From NCBI GenBank assembly GCA_973895155.1, contig OZ316893.1:27476210-27540209 (forward strand): a stretch of DNA of 64,000 bases, given 5' to 3'. Shown here piece by piece: positions 13,301-25,100 of this stretch (within the stretch, counting starts at the first letter, position 1; every line of letters begins with the position of its first letter). The DNA is from Marsupella aquatica. Taxonomy: Eukaryota > Plantae > Marchantiophyta. The notes beneath the pieces were generated by a model. The model saw only the letters and a list, made by a program, of their open reading frames with translations, was not told the origin of the DNA and searched no databases. The position numbers were made by a program, and so were the translations under genes.

Positions 13301-15082
13301 TCGCACTCTCGGGGGTTTCACTTCCACAAAAATGGCATATCACGTGCGACGAAGTATAGGGTCATTTTATTGGTTCGAAGGGAAGACTTAAGAATTTTCT
13401 GAGAAGAAAAATATGGTCTTTTAAATCCAATTTTGAGACTTATAAGAACATTAGGGTCCTTATAACCAAATTTTTGGAATATTCCAAGAATATTCCAATT
13501 TTATAGGGGTTGAAAAAATAAAAAAATTTCTTACATTTTAGGGGGTCCGAGGCCTAAAAACGTCACAGGTGATGGGGAGACATCCATATAGTGAGACCCC
13601 CGAGCTCGCACTCGACTGAAAGCTCGCCTGGTGGCTCGTGGTATTGAACAGCGCTTTGGAGTTGATTTTGAGGACACTTTCGCACCGGTTGTCAAGTGGT
13701 CAACCATTAGACTGGTTATTGCACTCGCTGTAGCTCTTGGCTGGTCTATCAGCCAAATGGATGTCATCACGGCTTTCTTGAACGGCAAGCTCAAGGAACT
13801 AATCTACATGGTGCAACCACCAGGATTTGAGGTCCCAGGATCCGAAGACCTTGTGTGCCAGCTAAATCGATCCATCTATGGCTTAAAGCAGTCCTCGCGT
13901 GCATGGTATGAGGAAGTTGATCGGTTCCTTCGCTCAAAAGGGTGGACCCGGAGCACTGCTGATCATAATTTGTACTTCATCAACGAAGGAGGGAAAATTG
14001 TTCTTCTTCTTCTTTTCGTTGATGACCTACTCATCACTAGCAATGACGATGCCAAAATTGATGAGGTCAAAGCACAACTCAGCCAACAGTACAAAATGAA
14101 GGATCTGGGCAAAGTCACCAGGTATTTGGGAATAGATTTTGTAGATGTGGCCGATGGAATGTTCATCCATCAACGTGACTACTGCCAAAGCTTCCTGGAG
14201 GAATTCGAAATGCAAGACTACAAAGGAGGAGCGACTCCTCTACCCGAAGGATTTGATGTATCGGCTGATATGCTATCACCTGGCGTGGATGCCACTCACT
14301 ATTGCAAGTTAGTTGGCAAGTTGATCTACTTAACTAACACCAGACCGGATTTGGCGTATGCGGTGGGGATTCTCAGCAGATTTATGTCATCTCCACAACA
14401 AAAACACATGGATGCTGCAAGGCACGTTCTCAGATACATCAAATCCACCATTGATTTTGGCTTACTCTTCCAGAGAACTGGAACTTTGTCTCTCTCAGGC
14501 TACACTGACTCAGACCATGCTGCGTGCAAAGACACTCGAAGATCCATTGGGGCCTATGTGTTCCAATTTGCTGGGGGCACTGTTACTTGGGCGAGCAAAC
14601 GAGAAGCAACGGTCTCACAGAGTACAACTGAAGCTGAGTACAGAGCCCTATCGGAAGGAGCTCGAGAAGCTGTCTTCCTTAGGCGTCTGCTCTCAGAGTT
14701 GAGCTTCATCCCAGAAATTCGGGTGGCATTGAATTGCCAAAATCAGGAGGTGATTTCAAATCTGTCGGTGGCCAGTCAACCCACCTTGCAAGATGCTCAT
14801 CTAAACTTACATTGCGACAACCAAGGCTCAATTAATTTGGCGAAGAACCCCATCTTCCATGCTCGGACCAAGCACATCGAACTCCAGCACCATTACATCA
14901 GGGAAAGAGTCCTGGAAGGAGAAGTGACGCTTAAGTACATTCCAACTGCAGAGCAACCTGCAGATATCCTTACAAAATCCCTTCCAAGATGGAAGTTTGA
15001 GAAACATCGTGAATTCCTTGGCATGAAGTCCCTACGCGACATTCTACCTACCCTGGGTAACGCAGCTACTCGGGATGCGTAG
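10327..15082 (+). pseudogene. Copia gag-pol polyprotein, disrupted
   Basis: Zn knuckle CNFCGHTGHWEGEC, protease WLVDSGAS, integrase HHCC plus HTD/RSD/AER, RT KARLVA...LLFVDDLL, RNase H GYTDSD/EAEY/CDNQ/ADILTK. Lesions: TAG at 10852-10854, a frameshift before about 12996, and a MITE at 13308-13604. Confidence 0.95.
13308..13604. mobile_element. 297-bp MITE with 14-bp TIRs and an 8-bp TSD
   Basis: CTCGGGGGTTTCAC ... GTGAGACCCCCGAG (1 mismatch). TSD CTCGCACT at 13300-13307 and 13605-13612. Excision restores VNPTRTRLKARLVA. Confidence 0.95.
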
Positions 15083-15644
15083 CATCGTGATATACCTCTA
15101 AGCAGTATTCACATCTATATAGCTGACCACCAAAATTGCCTTGCCCCATGCTTCGAAATCGGTGCCCATGGACTGCATGGTCCCCTGCTCGCTGCAACTT
15201 ATCCTGCAAGTATCGTTTCGCCTCGCTTCTCGTCTTGAATGACTTGTACACCTGACCCTTATACCCCTTTACTTGTGGCTCGCAGTCCTCCCAGGAATCA
15301 TACAATCCTGGAACATATCCCCGCACCACTGCATAGTACTTTCGCCTTGTGGTATGGTCACTGAAGTAGTGGGATGTTGGCACAACTGGCTGTATCGTGT
15401 GCTGTGCACCCTGTACATCAGGCGCTCGGGCGACTTTCACCATTACCTGTTTGCCCTGCTCCCCTATCTGTGGCTCGTCCTCTCTCTCGCCCTGGTGCTC
15501 TTCTACCTCAGTCGCACTCGCATTCAACTTCCATTGTACATACTGGAATTGAGTCTCGACCATATCTCCCAGCACCTTGAGTACCAACCTTATCGTACCC
15601 AACAACACCCAGAGCACTTGCAGGCCCACTCTGCTTACATCCAT
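15066..15644 (-). CDS. Antisense ORF of the copia element encoding an RNase H1 N-terminal hybrid-binding (Cauli_VI-like) domain
   Basis: Open ORF between pol and the PPT containing KYYAVVRGYVPGLYDSWEDCEPQVKGYKGQVYKSFKTRSEAKRYL. It has a hydrophobic N-terminus and a C-terminal H...CEYC. Confidence 0.8.
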   Translation of the reverse strand: MDVSRVGLQVLWVLLGTIRLVLKVLGDMVETQFQYVQWKLNASATEVEEHQGEREDEPQIGEQGKQVMVKVARAPDVQGAQHTIQPVVPTSHYFSDHTTRRKYYAVVRGYVPGLYDSWEDCEPQVKGYKGQVYKSFKTRSEAKRYLQDKLQRAGDHAVHGHRFRSMGQGNFGGQLYRCEYCLEVYHDATHPE

Positions 15645-15679
15645 TCTCCACACTTGCTCTGTGCATTTGATGGATTACC

Positions 15680-15692
15680 GGACGGGAGGGGG
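15680..15692 (+). promoter_or_regulatory. Polypurine tract
   Basis: GGACGGGAGGGGG directly before the 3' LTR. Confidence 0.88.
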
Positions 15693-15952
15693 TGTTAAGT
15701 TTACGACGTTCATCCGGTGTACATACGCCACTTGCTGTTCCTTTGTCTGTTCCCCCTTCGCCTAGGTGTTATCTGGGGGGCCTGTATATGTGTGATTCCC
15801 GTTAGATTTAGGGTTAATCTTACTTACGGTCCGATTAGTATTCACTGTGCGGTACATTCTCTCGCCGACCACTCTCTTAAGGACCAATTCACTGTGCATT
15901 CTGTATTCTTGCTGAGTAAAAACAAGGGAAGCTGCGCTCGTCAGTTTCTTCA
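15693..15952 (+). repeat. 3' LTR
   Basis: 260 bp, near-identical to 9994-10253. Confidence 0.95.
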
Positions 15953-17782
15953 AACTCATCCCCAACAATTTCAACTCGATCTGAAGTACTCCGGGCTGGC
16001 ACAGGACTAATCCGAGACCAAGTATCTTCATTGGGGTCATAAACCTCTGATCCAGCACTACCGCAGAACTCATCATGTCCTCCAAATACGAAAATCTTGC
16101 CGTCCATGACCTTACATGCAAATTCCTCTCTGGGCTCGATCATATCTGCACACTGTTTCCATTGCCCTTGCTCAACGAGGTCCAAAACATACATCTCACT
16201 ACTTATCTCAGTGCGCCGAGAATCATATCCTCCAAAGATATATATTTTTCCCTCCAATGACACGCACTGACAAGTTTGGGAACCATGGAGTTTGAACATC
16301 AGAGATGAGAGGAAGTTGACGATAGGAATTGTCCCTCATCGAATAAAGAGCTAACCGACAACTATCGCTCTCACCATCATGACATCTGATGAGAACAGCC
16401 GTCTCTGTAGAGTGGTGATGCACTCTTAGATTGTAGGCTTGACGACTTCGAATTAGACGGCGCCAAGCAAACGAAACTGCCGATAGGGCATACAGGTCTC
16501 TCCAGTGCAGCTTCGGGATAACCTTGTTCAAAGTTATATCATTAGGGATCCCTGGAAGAAGACCTTGAGAGCTTCGCTCAATTTGGGACGTCATCGGAAC
16601 TTGGATCCAGTTGCCTACAGATACCCTATTGATGCGTGATGGATAGACAGTCCTGAATGTTTGGTGGAGCTATCTTAATTGATTAACAGACTTCTTCCGG
16701 ATGAAGTTCACATTATCTGAAAACATCACAAAGTCCTTAATGAACATGAATACCCAGCGAAACTTTCCTGATTCGTATCCTAAGAATACATCTCATATCC
16801 GGAAATCTCATATCCGAAAGTATCAGCTCAAACAAGTCGTGAAAACTACATTTAAAAACGATATCAAGTGTATCATGCCGCCGTTTTACGCGTTTTCCCC
16901 ACTGGATTGAAATCACCCCTCACGTTACATGAAGTGCTCGGTAGAATGCATACCTGGAGGCAGCTAACTGCGCCGAAGCTAATACATACTGCATAACTTG
17001 GCTGAGTTCGTTGCAAGTTGTAACTGCACATTCGATGATCTGCACAAAGAGAATCATCGCCGATCACTTATATCTCCGCCTGCTGAAATCAGTGAGAGAA
17101 TGTGTAACAAGCTCCCTAAAGCTAAGGACCGAAGATTTTTGAAATCAGCCGAAGTAAGAGGAGTTACTGTGAGTCTTCACGAAATCAAACCCAAGTCGGG
17201 CTTGCTGTCACACTCTTGATGATATCAATTGTACTAGCCGTAAGTCTTGACCAAATCAGACCCCAAGTCGGGCTTGCTGCCAAACCTCGATGATATCAGT
17301 TGTAGGCGGGGCAGCGATTGCAGGAGCCGAAGCCCGATGAGATCTCTCAGACTAATAATTCCGCAGCCGTGAGGTCGAGCTCCACTTTGCGCACTGGCAG
17401 GGCAAGAGATCAAATTCGTAGGGCGACTCTTACATTGTGTCACTCTCCCGACATTGTGTCACTCACAGTAAATCGCTAGCTGAAGGGAAGGCTTGGATCG
17501 ATCGATCGCCTGCTGGATCGTGCGGACGGAGGCACGACACGGAGGTGGGAGCGCGGACGAAAGGCAAGCTGGTGCCATGAGGGTATGGGTACGGACCAGT
17601 GGGTCTTTTTTTAAAATTTCTGCAGGGTGTCACTTAGGGCTTGTTGAGATTCCTCCACGTAGTCTTCCTGGATTTGTATGGTCAAAATATGACCGTTAGA
17701 TATATGCAGTGTGAAAACATGACATTGAAATTAATATTTTGAGAAATTCCTATGGTTCTTGTTACTGCACTCCAATATATTG

Positions 17783-18005
17783 TAATGTTTCAAGACCTTT
17801 CCAACAGTATCAAGATAAACAATTTGGGTTCACTAACAAGAGAGTTATGAAAGGTCAATCCTGACCCAATGGGTAACTACCAAAAACAACCAGCAACTTT
17901 GAGATTCACATCTTCTTTGTTAGTAAGCATCAGTGAGCCATCTTGAGCTTTTTGGAAATGATTTATCATGATGACCTTGCCATTAACACCTATAATGCAA
18001 GGTCC
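17783..18005. repeat. Degenerate fold-back repeat related to the flanks of the 20-33 kb element
   Basis: The left half (AATGTTTCAAGACCTTTC...AGCAACTTTGA) resembles 19948-20073. The right half (TTCACATCTTC..TGTTAGTAAGCATCAGTGAG...CCTTGCCAT) resembles 33037-33115. Confidence 0.6.
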
Positions 18006-18731
18006 GGACTAATTTTGCAGTGGTAGTCTTACAAATTTGTAGTGCCAACTTTCTTGGAGACAAGGAGAGGAGGACAAAATGGAGAGGGAGTAGCAAGGAG
18101 TATTTGTCCCACCTGTGACCTGTCAATGGAAGTTACTTTGCACCAAGTAAACCAAGCCCCAAAAGTCGTCCATCCATGTCAATCCTATTAATTATCCATG
18201 TCAATCCTATTAAGTATCCTGTTTGTCACATTTGCAACAAACTAAACAACTGAAACTTAACACATGTTTTAGAGTTAAGTGGATCAATCTTCCACATTTA
18301 ATTTTTGAAGGTCCAATAGAGCCTCTTATAAGCCTTTACCCATGTGCTTGCCTTTGTTCTCTTTTACGCGAGTCCAATATTTGTTTTTAGATAACAATGT
18401 GTTTTCCTTCATGACATCTTAATTTGTGCAGGCAACAATATCTGACTTTTATGCAACATTTTCAATATTCATATTGCATTTTACGAGCTTGGGCTTTTAG
18501 TTTGTTAGTTCGTAGGGATATCATAATTCAAGAGAGCATGGGTTAAGTTGACCAACTGTGTTAGGGGACTGTGATTTTCTGAGAAGTGTTTGGGGGGTAG
18601 GGGGTTTTTACTGAGGTGAAAATAGTTACTGAAATTTTACTCTTTCAACCCCGGAGGATCCAAAACAGTCAAAACAACTTGATTTGGGCACAAGTGGCCA
18701 GTCTGAATCGGAAACTTGACAGTGTATCTAC

Positions 18732-19064
18732 TGTTGAACTAAGACGTCATTCGCAACGACCATACAACCATGACTCATTCCATGCACACGTAGTCGACAC
18801 AATCTCTACGTGGTTCACCTCTTCTCCAAGGCTACGTCCACACGAACACTCAAGCTTTACTTCAAGAGTAGACGAACACACATCTCTCTCTCTCTTCCTC
18901 CTGTTGCTCTGTTACAATGAGTAAGCACCACCCACCAGCGGCTTACACTAGCCCTAGTATATACAAGGTCACACACGACTAATCTAACCTCAGCTAAGAT
19001 CCTAACTGTGGTTAGCCTAAGTGCCGTAACCTATGAGTCACAAGACTAAGAGCAATCCTTAACA
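18732..19064. mobile_element. Solo LTR (333 bp)
   Basis: TGTTGA...TTAACA with a 5-bp TSD TCTAC on both sides. Same family as 43675-44030, in the opposite orientation. Confidence 0.85.
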
Positions 19065-20783
19065 TCTACTTCAAGAATCCTTCTCAGGCAGAACAGGTTT
19101 ATTGTGGAGTTTTCTGATGTTTGCGTTTCACTACATTAGGATGCAAAAAAGTAGTGGGGAATATGAGTTGTTTTAGCAAACCAAATATACTCCTTGCAAG
19201 AATGGCTTTAGTTAGCATAACAGATTTGGAGATTTTTTCCCTTGATTTGGCGTTTTCAGACAAAAAGTATCCATATTTGGAATCACATATTGGATCAGAA
19301 ATTGGATTATTGTGCTGAATTGAGTTTTTGTAACAACAAAAAATGTGATTTCCATCATTAATTTTTTGCAAAATCAAAAATCAAAAACACACTTCTGGTT
19401 AGCAGGTCATACTTCTGGTTTGGTCAGTCAACATGATTGTTCTTAATATCCTGGCATTAGGATTGCACTTTGTTGCAGCAACTATAATGGAACAAGTAGG
19501 TAGTGTTAATTTTCAAAATCCAGATTGCATTGTTCATAGATGCCTGAGCACACATACAAGTTCTGGCATGGGATACCATGAGGTCAAGAATGCGATTGAG
19601 AGTTATCAATGACCTCCATCATCCAATTCTAAATATGAACATCTTTGGCAGCCAAATGCAACCTAACTTGTCAAGGCTTGCATTTGAGGAATGTGTGCGA
19701 ATTAACTTTGCCTTTGCCCTGCTTACCATTCGATCACTTGATAATGGTGTGCCAGTTATCCTTGGTTACTATATGCTGAAAATGCCTTTACCAGATTCTT
19801 GATAGGGTCCAAATGAGATCTGCAGGATCTGCTCCTCCACTGCAACTGTATACAAGATTCAAAAATGAAATTGAAATCATTTTCAGAAATTTATAATTAT
19901 TTTTCTTGTTAGTCAATGCCAATTGGAAATCTCAAGCTCATTGGAAATAATGTTTCAAGACCTTTCAAACGACATCAAGATCAACATTCTAGTCTAGTAA
20001 CAACAAAGTTATCAAAGGTGATCTTTGCCAAATTAGTCCGCAGCTACAATAAACAATGAACGAGCAACTTTGAAAATATCACCCTATTCATTAAAACTGG
20101 AATTTCTCTAGTCCAGAAGTTGACCTTCAAATTTCTTATTTTACCCCCAAAAGTTCTATAACTTGTTCCCCAAAAGCATACATTTTAGTGGCCAAATATA
20201 CACTTTTTGAGGTCTAAAATTACAATTCTAATGCCCAAATTATTAATTAAATAATTCAGTTATCAATTATTAATACTTATTAATTAAAAGACATTAAAGT
20301 GTTCTTATTATATACAATATAAACAATGAAAAAATAGAATAAGACAATATAATAAATTGAAATGACCATGATAACCAAGTTACACAAAGTAACACGAAAG
20401 GTAAACCGATGATGTATTATAAAAGTAAAAAACCTATTTTTACAGGGTCGAGACCACGTCTGCCCCAATGCAGGCTCTAGATGGTTTTGACCGGTTGTTG
20501 AATGTATATCAATTACTATGTAAAAACTTATGTCAAGATTATCTCGACCCAAATGTAGGGTCCACATAATTTTGACCCGTTGTTGAATCTATATCTCTAG
20601 CTATTCCCTTTGTAGAGGGTCTAGACCCAAATAACCTTTTTCTGAGAACATATCTACAAGTAAATGAGGATCAACAGCATCTAGACTCAAATGGATACTA
20701 CGCATAGCTTCACTCTTTTTTCGAGTAAGAATATGTATATGTACAACTCACATCGTAACTGTTCAGTGTAGGGTCGAGATAAT

Positions 20784-22058
20784 CTAGACCCAAATCTCAT
20801 GCTCCTCCACCCCGCAGAATTCATTTGAGCAAGTAAACCTAGACCTTGACGGGTCATATTTCATATCGCGATTACAGAAATTGAGAGGCTTTCTATTCCA
20901 GAACTTTGTTGTGAGGTCCCTACACCTCAAGACTTCCAAAACAAATCCCCGATGATTGTCTCTGTAGGGTCCTGTGTACTGATATCCAATTAATGTCTTT
21001 GCAAGGTCGTTGATCGCCTCCTCCGTCAATTCCTCCATTGGTGGTAATTGTTGCACTTCATTTTTGATATCCCAGGGAATTTCGTCCGCTGTAACATCCA
21101 AGACTGTATGGATAACATTGGGAACCCATACCATACTACCCCACCTCTCCGACAACAGAGCATAAATGGCAGCCTGTTGATCCCTGTCCGATAAAACATT
21201 GATCATAGACCACTTTGGATGATTGATAAAAAGATAGTGCTGAAGATTGAAGGCATGATACAATTTCCTGAGCAGAGGCCACAGTATTTCTGGAAAGAAT
21301 GTATCATCCGTGGAGTGATGCGAAAATGAGGAAGGAAACAACCCACAATTCTCTGGATTTGCAAACGCCTTCATTGGAGTGTCATCAAGAAGGAGTGTAT
21401 TAGTTTCGTCGTATAATCCACCATAACGTTTCCAAACAACTCTCAAATCCTTCAAAAGAATATTTGCCTTCCCATCGGTAATGTCAGGCCTCTGGATTCT
21501 AGTATCGAATGTATCTTCTTGAGTGAGAATAAACTTGAATTGCTCTCTCTCTTCTTGATTGAAGATCAAATGAATCATTTCATCCGTCCTGGGTTTCCTT
21601 GCACAAGTCCAAATGGCAAGATCAAATAATGAAAAAGCTGCGATTAAGAACTCGTGAAGATGGGGTCGCTCAACATACATAAAGTTAAACCCTCCACGTC
21701 TCCCCCAGTGGACACCATTGACACTTGTCGCACTACGGCGCGGTCCGGAACTTGGCGTTTTGACAGAATCCCAACACATTTTGTTGAGGTCAAGAATCAA
21801 TAGCTTCCGTCTGATTGGACCGTGAAGTGGAGGCAAGGGTCCTGCAAAGTACGAACACCAACGTTAGAATTGTGGGAGATAAAACAAAGGAATGCTCGAG
21901 ACGATCTCGATCATCACAAGTGAATGAACAACAGTCAACATCATACCTGTTGTTTGTGGAAGGTCAGTAGTTGAAGAAATCTCAGGACATCTTCGGAGAT
22001 TATTGTCGACGCACTCCACAATTGGTAAGGGCCCGCCTATTTCTGTGAAGGTAGACAT
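20784..22058 (-). CDS. FCP1/NIF-type HAD phosphatase-like protein (exons about 22058 or 22042 to 21947, and 21841-20784); may be the 3' part of the upstream gene
   Basis: KLLILDLN, ERPHLHEFL, LAIWT, LLKDLRVVW and NTLLLDDTPMKAFANPEN are FCP1-homology motifs of the DxN-type subfamily. A phase-1 intron, ACAG|gtatga ... ctttgcag|GA, joins the exons in frame. Confidence 0.8.
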
Positions 22059-22112
22059 AATAATTTAGACGGCTGAATTTCCGGACAGTTCAAACTAACT
22101 TGGGTTTCAACC

Positions 22113-25100
22113 TCACGTGCTGAAAGACCCAAATTCATCTAGAAGGTTATCTCCTAGTTGGTTTTGGATGTCCAAATTTATCCCTCCGGGAAGGGTCTCA
22201 ACAAGAGCTGGCTCAGACCAAATTGGCACTAATTTGAACTTATCCATCCTATACTTTCTAGATCGAATAATCTTCTTAGACTGCTCTATAGAGACTTGTT
22301 GACCTTTTGACGGTCCATCAGTCCAAACATAATGAGTAGCACTTGCTTTGAGTGATTTGTAACCAGTTCTACCGATTTCAGTCCCCGGTTTCCTAACAAA
22401 AGGGAGAATTACGGGGCTTCCAGTAGAAGAATCTGTGAAAACAAGCTTATTCTCTGAAGTGCAAAACATTTGGTCCAAGGGAGAGGACGATGCACCTGCC
22501 TCGTCCTGAGGGGGAGTATGGAAGCCACTAGCTTTCTTAGTAGAGAAAATCTCATCCAGTTGAGGAGGGCTTGGAATTGGTTGGCTAACTGCATCCTGCA
22601 GGGTGGATTCCCAGCCAACATCCAAGGTTGAAGACTGTTGTTCACGTTGTGCATCCCCAAGGCCACCCGATGAAGGAACACTTGGAACATCGAGATCATC
22701 TCGAGCATCATTTCCAAATTCAGGGAGTATTTCACCCTCCTCTTCCATGTAGCTTGTAATTTTCGGGCCCTCCGTTTTGCGATGCTCTAAATTCTCCGCA
22801 AATACTTCCTCATAAACACTGGCTTCCACTGGAGCTATGTCTGCGGCCGCCTCTTCTATAAGAACGAGGGGACCAGCAGTAATTTCCTCAGATGGTAACG
22901 GCTCCTTGGGTGGCACATATAAAACTTGCTTGTTGTCATGAAGGAGCTGAGCAAAGGCTTCAGTGAATTCCATCTCTTGAGCTGTGTCCGAATACACAAA
23001 ACAATCCCGACCAAGAATGACACAAGCTTTCAATGTCTGTCCTCCAGAGAAGAAATCCAACACTGTATGACCTGGGCACGAGAAATAATCAACAAGACGC
23101 TTTGTCATTCGCAAAGGCTTTGCTCTCGGATTTACAAAGCCACCACGCCGACCGACCATCTCATAAGATGGGGCCATCTTCTCCAAAACTTTGACATCAA
23201 CAGTGGATTCATCGAGCTTCTCTTTCCCCTTTGATTGGTCTTTGTTGTTCCCAGTAGGGGCCTTCAAAGGCAAGACTGTGAAGTCTTTGTCCCACTTCTC
23301 ACTGTAGTTCCAGAACGCATAAAAGTCATCAAAGAAAATTTGGGACCAGTCTGGTTCCTCTTCACAACAAATTCCCCCAAAGATGATTGAGTCCCGAGCT
23401 CCAATGAGAAAATCTCCCTCCTCCTTGGGCACCTGATCACGGTAGTAGCTCCCGTACTCCAGCTTCGTGTGCACTTTCTTCTCACGACGAATCTTTTCAA
23501 AGGCACTCTGAATCTGGCCTATCAATGGGCCTTGACGGACAAAAAAGATTACTAAGACCTCCGTCGAGTTCGCCATCTGCAAGCAATACTCCAGCAAGAC
23601 AAAAATTTCGGCATCTGTCCACTGCCGTTGTCGAATACGACCAAAATTGACAATGGAGAGTCAACAACCTCAGGCTTCATTGTCCTCATCAAATTATCGC
23701 TAAAAAATGTGCGATAAGGAGTATCCTCCATTGAAGGCAATCTGCCAAATACCTTGCAATATATCTGCTCAAGCCTCACAATGAGACTTTGCGGAAATGG
23801 GTCTTTTGGCCTATTTCTTTTTAGGAGGTTGGAAATCCAAACCTCTCCAGCAAGTTGTCTAAGTTTGGGCAACTCACCACGATCCATAAATGCAGGCAAC
23901 AATTGAGTTAGCTCAAACCAAGTGAGTGAATTGGTAAACCGATCCGGATACTTCAAAACGAAGTACTCCACAATTTTTACCCTCAGCTTGGTCATGACTT
24001 TGAAAGTATGAGCCATATCACTCATTGATTGAATATCAGATTTGTTGGTTTGGTCTTTCTTCAATAAAACCTTCTGTTGTTGAACGGCAGTAAAAACTTT
24101 CAGAATGTCGTCATTACTCAGGTCTCCTTCAAAGCATCTAAACAATGCCGGCGTAATCATTTTTGTTGTCCGGGCTTTCCCATTTATTTTTGAACCTAAC
24201 TCCCCTAGACCATCCGGAAGAAGTCCCTTGACCCAATCGATGCACATTTGTCTCCAAGTTCGGAAGAGGTTCTCATCCGAAAACAACAACCAAAAAATAT
24301 TCCTCAGATCGGATTTTCCAATCGTTATTTTGGCAAGGGCCATAAAATCCTGGTCCAAACAGTACAAAACAAATCTGAGGCTCGAGACGATCTCGAGGTA
24401 GAATTAAGGAACTATGATAAAATTTATGGGGAATACATGAAGATAAATCAAATATAGAAACTTGACCTCGAGGCTCGAGACAATCTCGAGCTCGAAGTGG
24501 ATTTGAGTTCAAATATACCTAGAACTTTTGATGATCCGTTAGTCTATTGGACCCAATCACGGGTCTCTCCGGACGGCCACACTCGTCAAACTGTCGACGC
24601 GCATGGACCATAGTATCAAGAAAACAGGACTCATACTCCATTGTCTTATTAACAGCATTTGCCCTTTGTGAGTGTTGAGCAAGTATTGTCCTTGGAGTTC
24701 TGTCCGAAAGAATTCGTGACGTTCGATATTGCAGACTCTTCGCGACCTCCTTCAACTTTGCATCGCTCTTAGCCCAACCTATGATCCAAACAGCTGCTTT
24801 TGCCGAGTGTTGTCCACTGATTGCAAGGAACTGCACCTTCTTATTCTTAACACCCCACTCAAACTCCTTTCGATCCTCAGCAGTATTCTCATAATGGAGC
24901 AACTGCAAACTCTCTCTTGAATACGGAATTAAATCCGCCACAGCTGGTACCATTCCAGGGTTTCTAACCATGGATTTTGCGACCTCCATGGCATGGTCTT
25001 TATTGAACATCCTATAAACCAAAACTGCAGATGGCGAATCTATACTGGTGACAGGAATGTTAAAAGTTTCATTCATGCCAAATGTGTAATACTCCTCAAT

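Larger units (their letters stand above)
9994..15952 (+). mobile_element. Full-length Ty1/copia LTR retrotransposon
   Basis: Two 260-bp TG...CA LTRs, 5-bp TSD AACTC (9989-9993 and 15953-15957), PBS, PPT and domain order gag-PR-IN-RT-RH. Confidence 0.97.
9454..16594 (-). pseudogene. F-box/kelch-repeat gene disrupted by a copia insertion and a frameshift
   Basis: N-terminal F-box (LLPGIPNDITLNKVIPKL...SAVSFAWRRLI) and kelch blades (GKIYIFGG, DGKIFVFGG, EVYDP...WS). A frameshift near 16270-16290 separates the 16594 and 16299 ORFs. Removing the LTR element and one TSD restores the in-frame ...IVGDEF|WMTRDILKG... running to the stop at 9454. Confidence 0.88.
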
